NCBI GenBank assembly: GCA_024275825.1
Contig: JAJRYK010000020.1
Location: 181,861 to 245,860, forward strand
From: Alphaproteobacteria bacterium
GTDB lineage: Bacteria; Pseudomonadota; Alphaproteobacteria; Micavibrionales; Micavibrionaceae
Length of the DNA: 64,000 bases
Reading direction: 5' to 3'
Of the stretch, positions 19,836 to 28,094 are shown one piece after another (position 1 is the stretch's first letter; the number at the start of each line of letters is the position of its first letter). The position numbers were made by a program, and so were the translations under genes. The notes beneath the pieces are model-generated. The model had not been told where the DNA came from, made no database searches, and worked only from the letters and a program-made list of their open reading frames with translations.

Positions 19836-19959
19836 CTAAATAAAATGATCTTACCTTTTAATGTTTTTCAGATTTTACCACGGAGGCACGGAATTTTATA
19901 TAAACTCTGCTTCTCCGTGCTTCCGTGGTAAAATCTGAAAACAAGATCATTTTATTTAG
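19836..19959. repeat. MITE-like palindromic element, CACGGAG-hairpin family (copy 2)
   Basis: Perfect 17-bp termini: CTAAATAAAATGATCTT and AAGATCATTTTATTTAG. The inner arms ...CAGATTTTACCACGGAGGCACGGA and ...TCCGTGCTTCCGTGGTAAAATCTG can fold into one long hairpin. Confidence 0.85.
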
Positions 19960-20002
19960 AGCGCCTTGTGTATGATTATTTATTCAAATGAGGATAGCTC
20001 AA

Positions 20003-20947
20003 TCATGCGCCTCTTCCTAAATCCAATTGCCCCTGCTGTACATGTACGCCGGCATCTTGCAAACACCACGCGAGGATCGCTTTTTGTGCGTGCAGGCGGT
20101 TTTCGGCTTCGTCGTAGATGACACTGGCGGGGGAGCGTGCAATTTCTTCGCTGACTTCTTCCCATTCATGCATGGGCAGGCAATGGGTAAAAATGGCGGT
20201 GTCTTTGGCGCAGGCCGTCAGCTCTGCATTCACCTGATAGGGCCAGAATTTTTCAATGTCTTTGCCCTCTTGCCCCATCGAAACCCATGTATCGGTGATC
20301 AGGACATCGGCGTCTTTGGCGGCCTCTTTTGGATCTTTAATATATTTTACATAGCGCGAATCTTTAAAGAGAGGATGGTCGGGAGGTGGCTTGAGGTCTG
20401 GCGGGGTGCTGAGGGTGAACTCAAACCCGAAGAGCGGCGCGGCCTCGGCATAGGTATTAGAGACATTGTTGCTATCGCCAAACCATGCGAGCTTTTTACC
20501 CTCGATACTGCCCAGCTTTTCCTCGATAGTCAGCAGGCTGGCCATGATTTGGCAGGGGTGGGAGGCGTCGGTCATGCCGTTAATTACCGGAATGGTTGAA
20601 TGTTTCGCCAGCTCCGCCAGCGGCGCGGGGTCGCTCATCCTCACCATAATGCCATCGACATAGCGCGACAGGACATTGCCCGTGCTCTCAATACTTTCCG
20701 ATCCGCCGAGCTGAATCTCGTCCATGCTCATCACAATCGTGTGCCCGCCAAGCTGTTTCATCGCAACCTCAAAGCTGACCCTTGTGCGCGTAGAGCGCTT
20801 ATCAAACACCATCGCCAGCGATAGCCCATCAAATATTTGCGGTGGGTTGAATTTCTGCTTCTTCAACGCATGCGCATTGGCCAGAATGGCTTTCAGCTCA
20901 TCAGGGGGGAGGTCGCTTAGGTTTAGGAAGTGTTTGGTTTGTTTCAT
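20003..20947 (-). CDS. argF: Ornithine carbamoyltransferase
   Basis: STRTRVSFE, HCLPMH and DTWVSMGQE motifs. The likely start is MKQTKHFLNLSDL at 20947; the ORF opens at 21004 and would overlap the GNAT gene. Confidence 0.9.
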   Translation of the reverse strand: MKQTKHFLNLSDLPPDELKAILANAHALKKQKFNPPQIFDGLSLAMVFDKRSTRTRVSFEVAMKQLGGHTIVMSMDEIQLGGSESIESTGNVLSRYVDGIMVRMSDPAPLAELAKHSTIPVINGMTDASHPCQIMASLLTIEEKLGSIEGKKLAWFGDSNNVSNTYAEAAPLFGFEFTLSTPPDLKPPPDHPLFKDSRYVKYIKDPKEAAKDADVLITDTWVSMGQEGKDIEKFWPYQVNAELTACAKDTAIFTHCLPMHEWEEVSEEIARSPASVIYDEAENRLHAQKAILAWCLQDAGVHVQQGQLDLGRGA

Positions 20948-20951
20948 TGTT

Positions 20952-21467
20952 CTATTCTTCTGTATCATCAATGCATTGCGTTTCGTCAGCAGTTTTAAAC
21001 CCAAAGCTTTGGTAAAATTTAATAACTTTTGGGTGATTTGTGCTACGGGTTGTTAGCCATGCGTAATCAATCTCTCTTTCAAAAGTTTTTTTTAGTACCC
21101 ATGGAAAAAATATCTTTCCTAAGCCTTCTCCTGTGAGTTCAGGAAAAAAGCCAAAGTCAGAAATTTCTGGTGTTTTTGGGTTCTCAGAGAAATCATTAAA
21201 TGCATATCCAACAATTTTATTATCACGATAAAAGGTAAAGGTTTGATTTTCAGCTTTCTGAATCAGTTCTGTGATTTCAGGCTCGTTAGCAATACGGTTA
21301 CGCAAGTGCCAGTTATATGGTTTACCTACACGATCATGAAGTTCACGATATTGTTTATATGTAGGTTCTTTAATTTCGTCTACGCCATATAAAGAAGGGA
21401 GAGTTACATCTGGTTGGTTAAACTCAGATTTTAAAAGTCTCAGCTCTGTTTTTATAAAGGCACCCAT
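20952..21467 (-). CDS. GNAT-family N-acetyltransferase embedded in the arg cluster
   Basis: 171 aa with an acetyl-CoA motif-A-like ELTGEGLGKIFF. Its ATG overlaps the argD TAA by 1 nt (TAATG). Visibly more AT-rich than its neighbours. Confidence 0.7.
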   Translation of the reverse strand: MGAFIKTELRLLKSEFNQPDVTLPSLYGVDEIKEPTYKQYRELHDRVGKPYNWHLRNRIANEPEITELIQKAENQTFTFYRDNKIVGYAFNDFSENPKTPEISDFGFFPELTGEGLGKIFFPWVLKKTFEREIDYAWLTTRSTNHPKVIKFYQSFGFKTADETQCIDDTEE

Positions 21468-22666
21468 TATTCCTCTTCCTTCAACGTCTGCGCAATAATA
21501 TCCAGTGCCTCTTGCGCTTCATCTTTGGTGATCGTCAAGGGCGGGGTTAGGCGGAGGGTTTTGGCGCCGGCTTGGGTGGTCATCAGGCCGTTTTGCTGGA
21601 GCGCGCCAATGAGCTGTGCAATCTCGATTGTGGTATCCATGCCGATCATCAGGCCTGTCCCGCGAATATCGATGATTTTGTTGCTCTCGCGTTGCAGGTC
21701 TTTTAAGCCCTCCATCAGGAACGCGCCTATTTCGTTTGCGCGGGTTAAGAAGCCATCGCTTAAAATCTCGCTCATCACCGTATGTGCAACGGCGCAGGCC
21801 AGCGGGTTTCCGCCATAGGTCGTGCCGTGCGTGCCAGGCACCAGCGCCGCGCCGAATTTCTTTTTCGCCATCATGCAGCCCACGGGAAAACCGCTGCCCA
21901 TGCCCTTGGCCCATGCGCCGATATCGGGCTCTACGCCGAATTGTTCATAGGCCATGAATGTGCCAAGACGGCCCATGCCGACCTGCACTTCATCAAAGAT
22001 TAGCGCGATATTTTGCTCGTCACACAGCGCGCGCACGCCAGTGATAAACTCTGGCGTGGCTGGGCTCAGGCCGCCTTCGCCCTGTACGGGTTCGAGAATA
22101 ATCGCGGCTGTTTTATCGCTGATCAGCGCTTTCACGCTTTCCAGATCATTAAACTGCGCCCATTTTATACCGCCTAGATAGGGGCCGAAAAAGGGCTGGG
22201 AATGGAATTTTTCTGTGATACTGGCGGAGCCCATCGTGCGGCCGTGGAAGCTGTTTCTGAATGTTATAATTTCATTGCAACCCTCACCCTTTTCATCATG
22301 CGCCCATTTGCGCGCGCATTTCAAGGCAGCCTCGACGCTTTCCGTGCCGCTATTGGCGAAATAAACCAGATCAAAGCAGCTATTATCCGTAAGGAGCTTC
22401 GCGCAATCGAGTTTTTCCTGTGTGGCGTAGGAAGCTTGGCAGGCCATCAGGCGCGCGGCTTGCTTGTTGATAGTGTCGAGCATTTTAGGGTGCGCATGGC
22501 CAAGGGCGGCCACAGCTATCCCGGCGGCAAAGTCGATATATTTCTTACCGTCCGTGTCATAGACATAAACACCTTCGCCGCGGTCAAGCACGACAGGCTG
22601 CGGCGCATAGGTTTTGATCAGGCGTTTGAAGCTTTCATCGATAATTGTTTGTGCGTCTTGTGTCAT
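21467..22666 (-). CDS. argD: Acetylornithine aminotransferase (class III PLP aminotransferase)
   Basis: 399 aa with FDEVQVGMGRLGT and FANSGTESVEAALK. Sits in the arg cluster. Confidence 0.88.
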   Translation of the reverse strand: MTQDAQTIIDESFKRLIKTYAPQPVVLDRGEGVYVYDTDGKKYIDFAAGIAVAALGHAHPKMLDTINKQAARLMACQASYATQEKLDCAKLLTDNSCFDLVYFANSGTESVEAALKCARKWAHDEKGEGCNEIITFRNSFHGRTMGSASITEKFHSQPFFGPYLGGIKWAQFNDLESVKALISDKTAAIILEPVQGEGGLSPATPEFITGVRALCDEQNIALIFDEVQVGMGRLGTFMAYEQFGVEPDIGAWAKGMGSGFPVGCMMAKKKFGAALVPGTHGTTYGGNPLACAVAHTVMSEILSDGFLTRANEIGAFLMEGLKDLQRESNKIIDIRGTGLMIGMDTTIEIAQLIGALQQNGLMTTQAGAKTLRLTPPLTITKDEAQEALDIIAQTLKEEE

Positions 22667-22687
22667 GATTTTATCCTTTATCTGTTT

Positions 22688-23584
22688 TTAAGAATGCTGC
22701 TTATATTGGGCCTCAATGGCTTTTTCGAGCGCTATTTCGCTCAGGTAAGCCTCTCGATCTTGCTCTCTTATAATCATCGTGGCGGGGCCTTCTGATTCAT
22801 AAATCTCGTGCGTTAAAGCATTGTGCCTGAAACCATCGAGTAAGTGAATACGGCGCACACCATTTTGCATGGCGTGGAGGCAATTCTCTAGCTTGACTTG
22901 CATACCACCGGTCACTGTGCCGTTCTCAATGAGCGCTGGGATCTCTTTATCTGTGATAAAGGGCGCGACTTTGCCGTCAACCAAAACGCCGTCGACATCG
23001 CTGAGGAAAATCAGTTTGCGTGCGACGCAGCCTTCAGCAAGCGCAACAGCGACATTATCGGCATTGATATTCACGCCATTTTTTTGCGTGATGCCGAGGC
23101 AGGGCGTAGCAATGAAATTTGCACGATCAAAGAGCGGGCGAATATGCTCGCCATGCACGGCGCTGATCGTGCCATCATATCCAAAATTGTCCTCGTTATC
23201 GCGTGGGCGGGGCGTGATGTTGATCCAACTCGCAGGGACACCGTTTAGGCACAGGCCGTTCAGTTCAAGCGCGGCCATGGTTGAGCTGATTTTATATCCA
23301 AGATCTGCGCTCAAAACCTGTTTTACGATTTTAATTTCTTTCACGCCCGTAATGCGGCGACCTTCGTGCTTCCGGGGGGCAATGCCTGCGGCGTTTAAGG
23401 CATCATCAATGGCATGCCCGCCGCCATAAACGAGGAGCACTTTTATGCCGTTATCGGTCAGGTTTTTGATGTCCTCGAGCAGTGAAGCGCGCGCAGCATC
23501 ATCGGTAATGACGCGCCCTCCCGCTTTGACGACAAACAGGCTGCCTTTATATTTTGCCTGATAAAACTCTTTCATATTTTTCAT
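22688..23584 (-). CDS. argB: Acetylglutamate kinase
   Basis: Amino-acid-kinase fold with VVKAGGRVI and LLVYGGGHAID. Lies between argC and argD. Confidence 0.85.
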   Translation of the reverse strand: MKNMKEFYQAKYKGSLFVVKAGGRVITDDAARASLLEDIKNLTDNGIKVLLVYGGGHAIDDALNAAGIAPRKHEGRRITGVKEIKIVKQVLSADLGYKISSTMAALELNGLCLNGVPASWINITPRPRDNEDNFGYDGTISAVHGEHIRPLFDRANFIATPCLGITQKNGVNINADNVAVALAEGCVARKLIFLSDVDGVLVDGKVAPFITDKEIPALIENGTVTGGMQVKLENCLHAMQNGVRRIHLLDGFRHNALTHEIYESEGPATMIIREQDREAYLSEIALEKAIEAQYKQHS

Positions 23585-23593
23585 GATTGCCTC

Positions 23594-24595
23594 CTAAGGG
23601 TAAATCGCGCTGTTGAATGTAAGGCCCGTAGCTTCGTCCAACCCGAACATTAAATTCATGTTTTGTAGCGCCGTGCCGGCCGCGCCGCGCAGTAGATTGT
23701 CGATGGCGCCTTGTATGATGTATGTGCCGCTCGTGCCTTCTTGCACGCTGATATCACAGAAATTATTGCTGACCACATTGCTCAGCTCGACCTTGTCACA
23801 CACCCGTGCGAAGGGCTCGCCGTTGAAGCAGGACAGATCTGGCGCTTTGTTGGCTTGCACAAAGGCGGTCGCAAAAATGCCCCGTAAATATGGGCCGACT
23901 GTTGGTGCGAAATTGAGCTGTTCTTCATTGATCTGCGCTGTCCTGATGATCTCTGGCGTGTGCCTGTGCGCGTTGATCAGATAGCTCCGCACATTATTTG
24001 TCAGCATTGGGTGATCCAGCGGATCGCGCGCTGTCCGTCCGCCGCCGCTGGTGCCAGTAAACAGGGACACATCGGCATGCTTAATATTCCCGGCGAAGGG
24101 CAGGAGCATCATCTGTACCAGCAGTGCGTTACAGCCCGGGTTGGCCACCGCATTGGCTGTTTTAATCGCAGCGCGGTTAAGCTCGGGCAAGCCGTATATG
24201 AAGGCACCATCGAGCAGTTCCGGTAACGTATGCGCAGTGCCGTAATATTTTTCGAACATCGCTGCATCATCCAGACGGAAGTCCGCTGACATGTCGATGA
24301 CCTTAGTTTTACCCAGAAAATTATCCACGACCTCTTGCGAGGCGACATGTGGCAGGCACAAAAACACAACGTCACTCTCTTTGGCTACTGTGGCGTAGTC
24401 AGTATTTGTGACCTTTAGATCTGTTGTGCCTTTTAGCCGGGGAAATAGGTTGGCTAAAGGCTCCGCCTCATATTGCCGTGAAACCAGATATTTCAGCTCG
24501 ATATTTTGATGAGGCATAAGTACACGCAAAAGCTCCGCGCCGGTAAAGCCCGTCACGCCGATGATTGATGCTTTTATTGTTTTGTTTTGTGTCAT
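23594..24595 (-). CDS. argC: N-acetyl-gamma-glutamyl-phosphate reductase
   Basis: N-terminal Rossmann IIGVTGFTGAELLR and active-site VANPGCNA. 333 aa. Confidence 0.85.
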   Translation of the reverse strand: MTQNKTIKASIIGVTGFTGAELLRVLMPHQNIELKYLVSRQYEAEPLANLFPRLKGTTDLKVTNTDYATVAKESDVVFLCLPHVASQEVVDNFLGKTKVIDMSADFRLDDAAMFEKYYGTAHTLPELLDGAFIYGLPELNRAAIKTANAVANPGCNALLVQMMLLPFAGNIKHADVSLFTGTSGGGRTARDPLDHPMLTNNVRSYLINAHRHTPEIIRTAQINEEQLNFAPTVGPYLRGIFATAFVQANKAPDLSCFNGEPFARVCDKVELSNVVSNNFCDISVQEGTSGTYIIQGAIDNLLRGAAGTALQNMNLMFGLDEATGLTFNSAIYP

Positions 24596-24829
24596 GTCTT
24601 GCCTTTAGTGTTTAATAAAATTTATGCATAAGTTCAATTGGTTATCTGATCTTTGGCGATCAAATACCCTTCAAAACGGTTTACTCTATGGTGCTTGGAA
24701 AAATCGAAGAAAAGCGCCCGCTTATCAGGGTGATGAGCGAAATGGTCGGCGGCGTTGTGGCAATGCGTATGTGCTTTTCATGGGAGCAGTAAAACCTGAT
24801 TGCGGCGGGTTTGTCAAATTTTTTGTTTT

Positions 24830-25004
24830 TTAACCGCTGATAAACGCAGATTACGCGGATATTACTTATTTACCCGTCATTCCGACAGAGCATCGCGACG
24901 AGGAATCTTACCCGGTTGAACCCTGGTAAGATTCCTCACATTCGTTCGGAATGACGTTTCCACCAAAGAATAAATCCGCGTAATCTGCGTTTATCAGCGG
25001 TTAA
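24830..25004. repeat. 175-bp nested palindromic (MITE-like) element with perfect 31-bp terminal inverted repeats
   Basis: TTAACCGCTGATAAACGCAGATTACGCGGAT (24830-24860) is the exact reverse complement of 24974-25004. Two inner GTCATTCCGA...GAGGAATC hairpin units surround a central AGGAATCTTACC/GGTAAGATTCCT stem. Confidence 0.9.
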
Positions 25005-25010
25005 AACCCC

Positions 25011-26048
25011 CTAAAGCGCCGTCTTGCGTGGATCAAACGCATCGCGCACAGCCTCGCCGATAAAGGTCAGCAGGGACAGCATAATGGCCAGCGAGACAAA
25101 GGCCGTGATGCCCAGCCACGGCGCTTGCAAATTGTTCTTCCCCTGCGCCAGCATCTCGCCCAGAGAGGCCGAGCCGGGCGGTAAGCCAAGCCCTAGAAAA
25201 TCCAGCGAGGTTAGCGCGGTAATCGATCCCGTCAAAATAAACGGCATAAAGGTAATCGTGGCCACCATCGCATTGGGCAGAACGTGGCGCCACATGATCT
25301 TCGCATTGCTCATCCCCAGCGCATTTGCCGCGCGGACATAGTCGAAATTCCGTGCGCGTAAAAATTCCGCCCGCACAACATCCACCAAGCTAACCCACGA
25401 AAACAGCAGCAAAATAATGAGCAGCGTCCAAAACCCTGGAATGAAGATGGAGGAAAATATAATCAAAATATAAAGGCTGGGCATAGACGACCAAACCTCG
25501 ATCACCCTTTGCATCACCATATCAAGCCGCCCGCCGTAATAGCCCTGCAGCGCGCCCGCGGCGATGCCGATGATGGAACTGATGAGGGTCAGGATCAGCC
25601 CAAACACAACCGATATCCGAAACCCGTAAATCACCCGCGCCATCACATCGCGCCCCTGATCATCCGTGCCGATCCAGTTCGTCCGGTCAGGCGGGGCGGG
25701 GGCGGGGGCGGTTAGCTCGTAATTAATCGTATCATACGAAAACCGAATAGGCGGCCAGAGTATCCAGCCCCCATTTCCATTAGAGTCATTAATCAGATCC
25801 TGCACAAAGGCATCGCGATACTCCGCCTCTGTCTCAAAATCGCCACCAAAGATGGTTTCGGGGTAATTAACAAAGGTCGGAAAATACAAACCCCCATCAT
25901 ATTGCACGATGATAGGCTTATCATTAGCAATAAACGGCGCAAATAAACATACCGCCAGCAACCCCATAAACACCCAAAAGCTCCAATACCCACGGGTATT
26001 AGCACGAAATTGGGACAAGCGACGGTGGGTGATGGGGGACAGAGTCAT
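25011..26048 (-). CDS. yejE: ABC peptide importer permease YejE
   Basis: 345 aa. The N-terminus SPITHRRLSQFRANTRGYWSFWVF is typical of YejE, with a DppC-like permease core. Confidence 0.85.
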   Translation of the reverse strand: MTLSPITHRRLSQFRANTRGYWSFWVFMGLLAVCLFAPFIANDKPIIVQYDGGLYFPTFVNYPETIFGGDFETEAEYRDAFVQDLINDSNGNGGWILWPPIRFSYDTINYELTAPAPAPPDRTNWIGTDDQGRDVMARVIYGFRISVVFGLILTLISSIIGIAAGALQGYYGGRLDMVMQRVIEVWSSMPSLYILIIFSSIFIPGFWTLLIILLLFSWVSLVDVVRAEFLRARNFDYVRAANALGMSNAKIMWRHVLPNAMVATITFMPFILTGSITALTSLDFLGLGLPPGSASLGEMLAQGKNNLQAPWLGITAFVSLAIMLSLLTFIGEAVRDAFDPRKTAL

Positions 26049-26058
26049 TTTTCTTTCC

Positions 26059-26083
26059 TGTCATCCCCGCGTAGGCGGGGATC
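26059..26083. repeat. 25-bp hairpin repeat, left boundary of the orphan cassette
   Basis: TGTCATCCCCGCGTAGGCGGGGATC matches the reverse complement of 26935-26959 at 23/25 positions. Confidence 0.85.
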
Positions 26084-26093
26084 TAGTAGCTTT

Positions 26094-26903
26094 TTACCGC
26101 AGAGGCGCAGGGATAGTAGAGGGCTTTTTTGATGTACGGAAAACACCGTTTGTTGTTGCATGATTATAAAAACTTTCAGATTCTAAGGCATGGTTTATCA
26201 TAAATTGCATAGCAGAGGTTTTTGTTGCTTTTGCAATTAAAGGAGACGCTATAAACAAAACCAACAAGCCAACCCACCATTTATAAAAAAATAACCAGAT
26301 GCCCAAAGGTATTGTTAACAGCCAAACGGTTGACCAAAAAACATGAGCCGCTCTATACCTTTTCGGGAAAGAGTTTGAGTTTGCTATGCGAAGGGCTTTA
26401 CTGCGGTCAACATCTATTTTGATTTCTCCGTTTTTCCACTGGTCTATAAATTTTCTATGAGGTAGATGTGGCTTATCTAATTTATCCGCGATGTTCATAT
26501 AAAGGGCAATTTCCTTATCGGACTTATCGTGAAGCTCTTTATATTTTTCAAAACTTGTTTGCCATTCAGTGTCTTTTAAAGATTGTTTCATTTTTTTATC
26601 TGGCATTGTCAGCCATTCTTGAGGATCTTTACCAAAAGGCTTTATGGGGAAATCTCCAATGTTTTCTTGAAAATAGGATAAAGAAATCAATCCTGCTTTT
26701 AGATGCTCTTTTATTTGAGGATTATCAGACAGTTTTATAGCGGCCAGTAAAGCTTTAAAAATTTCATCTTTTGAATAGGGAAGTATTTTAACATCATAAA
26801 AGGATGATCCATCTGTCTCTTGCATAACTTGATTGTATGCCTGAATAATTTCTTGAAGCTTTTCTTCAGGTTTAAAGTTATTGTCCATGGTTATATTCTT
26901 CAT
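26094..26903 (-). CDS. Hypothetical AT-rich membrane-anchored protein (orphan) inserted between yejB and yejE
   Basis: A soluble ~190-aa N-domain (MKNITMDNNFKPEEKLQEII...) followed by two C-terminal TM helices (VFWSTVWLLTIPLGIWLFF, WWVGLLVLFIASPLI). The ORF opens at 26960, but that part only translates the flanking repeat. No family recognised. Confidence 0.55.
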   Translation of the reverse strand: MKNITMDNNFKPEEKLQEIIQAYNQVMQETDGSSFYDVKILPYSKDEIFKALLAAIKLSDNPQIKEHLKAGLISLSYFQENIGDFPIKPFGKDPQEWLTMPDKKMKQSLKDTEWQTSFEKYKELHDKSDKEIALYMNIADKLDKPHLPHRKFIDQWKNGEIKIDVDRSKALRIANSNSFPKRYRAAHVFWSTVWLLTIPLGIWLFFYKWWVGLLVLFIASPLIAKATKTSAMQFMINHALESESFYNHATTNGVFRTSKKPSTIPAPLR

Positions 26904-26934
26904 ATTTTTAAAGATTATACAATAAAGAAAACTG

Positions 26935-26959
26935 GATCCCCGCCTGCGCGGGGGTGACA
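26935..26959. repeat. 25-bp hairpin repeat, right boundary of the orphan cassette
   Basis: GATCCCCGCCTGCGCGGGGGTGACA is the inverted copy of 26059-26083. Confidence 0.85.
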
Positions 26960-26985
26960 TTATTATAAATCTCTGCGGTTAGGCC

Positions 26986-28092
26986 TCAAACCACCCGCGC
27001 CTCAAAATCTATCCTTGGATCAACCATCACATACACAATATCGCGCACCAGCGTCATGATTAATCCAATAAGTGCGAACATATAGAGCGTGCCCAGAACA
27101 ACAGGATAGTCGCGGTTTATTATGCTTTCATAGCCCAGTAGGCCTAGGCCATCGAGGCTAAAGATCACTTCGATCAGCAGTGATCCGGTGAAAAAAATGC
27201 TGATGAACGCGGCGGGGAATCCAGCGATTACGATCAGCATGGCGTTGCGGAATACATGGCCATAGAGCACTTGCCTCTCGCTCAAGCCCTTTGCGCGTGC
27301 GGTCAGAACATAATGCTTGCCGATCTCGTCCATGAATGAATTTTTGGTCAGTAATGTCAGCGAGGCAAAGCCGCTAATCACCATCGCTGCGACGGGCAGC
27401 ACCATGTGCCAGGCGTAATCGAGCATCTGTCCGATCAGGCTCATATCCTCCCACCCGTCGGAGGTCAGCCCGCGCAGGGGGAAGAGGTCAAAATACCGCC
27501 CGCCGGCAAAAACCACGATCAACAAAATCGCAAACATAAAGGACGGAATGGCATAGCCGATAAACACCGCTGCGCTGGTCCAAATGTCAAAGGCTGTGCC
27601 ATCGCGCACGGCCTTTTTAATGCCCAGAGGGATGGAAATCAGATAGATGATAATCGTGCTCCACAGCCCCAGAGAGATCGAAACCGGCATTTTCTCCAGC
27701 ACCAGATCAAGCACATCAACATCGCGGTAATAGCTCTGCCCCAGATCAAAGCGGGTGTAGTTTTTGAGCATGATCCAGAATCGCTCATAGGCAGGTTTGT
27801 CAAAGCCATAAAGCGCCTCCAGCTCCGCAATAAATTCCGGGTCAAGCCCTTGCGCGCCGCGATAGCCACTGTCGCCGCCGGTGGCCTGGCTCATATTCAC
27901 GGTCGCTCCAGAATCTCCGCCCGCACTGCCGCCAAAGCGCGCGGTCGCCTCTGTCCCATGCCCCTGAAGCTCCGCAATCATCCTCTCCACCGGCCCGCCG
28001 GGGACGAACTGGATAATGACGAACGATATCAGCAATATCCCGAACAAAGTCGGGAGCATGAGGAGTAGGCGTTTTAGGATGTATGTGGTCAT
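26986..28092 (-). CDS. yejB: ABC peptide importer permease YejB
   Basis: MTTYILKRLLLMLPTLFGILLISFVIIQFVPGGPVE is a DppB/YejB-type N-terminus. 368 aa. Confidence 0.85.
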   Translation of the reverse strand: MTTYILKRLLLMLPTLFGILLISFVIIQFVPGGPVERMIAELQGHGTEATARFGGSAGGDSGATVNMSQATGGDSGYRGAQGLDPEFIAELEALYGFDKPAYERFWIMLKNYTRFDLGQSYYRDVDVLDLVLEKMPVSISLGLWSTIIIYLISIPLGIKKAVRDGTAFDIWTSAAVFIGYAIPSFMFAILLIVVFAGGRYFDLFPLRGLTSDGWEDMSLIGQMLDYAWHMVLPVAAMVISGFASLTLLTKNSFMDEIGKHYVLTARAKGLSERQVLYGHVFRNAMLIVIAGFPAAFISIFFTGSLLIEVIFSLDGLGLLGYESIINRDYPVVLGTLYMFALIGLIMTLVRDIVYVMVDPRIDFEARVV

Positions 28093-28094
28093 GT

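Noticed and set aside
24640-24660. An ARG-box-like sequence (TTGAACTTATGCATA on the minus strand) upstream of argC.
   Set aside because: Only the first half-site (TGAA) matches the TGAAT-N4-ATTCA consensus and the second half fails. I found no support for ArgR control.
24624-24833. 69-aa ORF upstream of argC.
   Set aside because: It has no SD and no recognisable motif. It runs into the terminal inverted repeat of the 175-bp palindromic element, so it is likely non-coding promoter or spacer DNA.
17207-25004. The repeated palindromic elements could form a CRISPR array.
   Set aside because: The copies are kilobases apart, separated by genes, belong to different families and are each internally palindromic over 80-175 bp. 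There is no regular repeat-spacer periodicity and no cas genes.
27406-28068. 220-aa plus-strand ORF (similar long ORFs at 29827-30765, 37936-38580, 47139-47747 and 55027-55653).
   Set aside because: Each lies entirely antisense to a well-supported gene (yejB, yejA, the orphan gene, motA, the flagellin). Each has an Arg/Gly/His-rich or otherwise low-complexity translation typical of shadow ORFs in GC-rich coding DNA.
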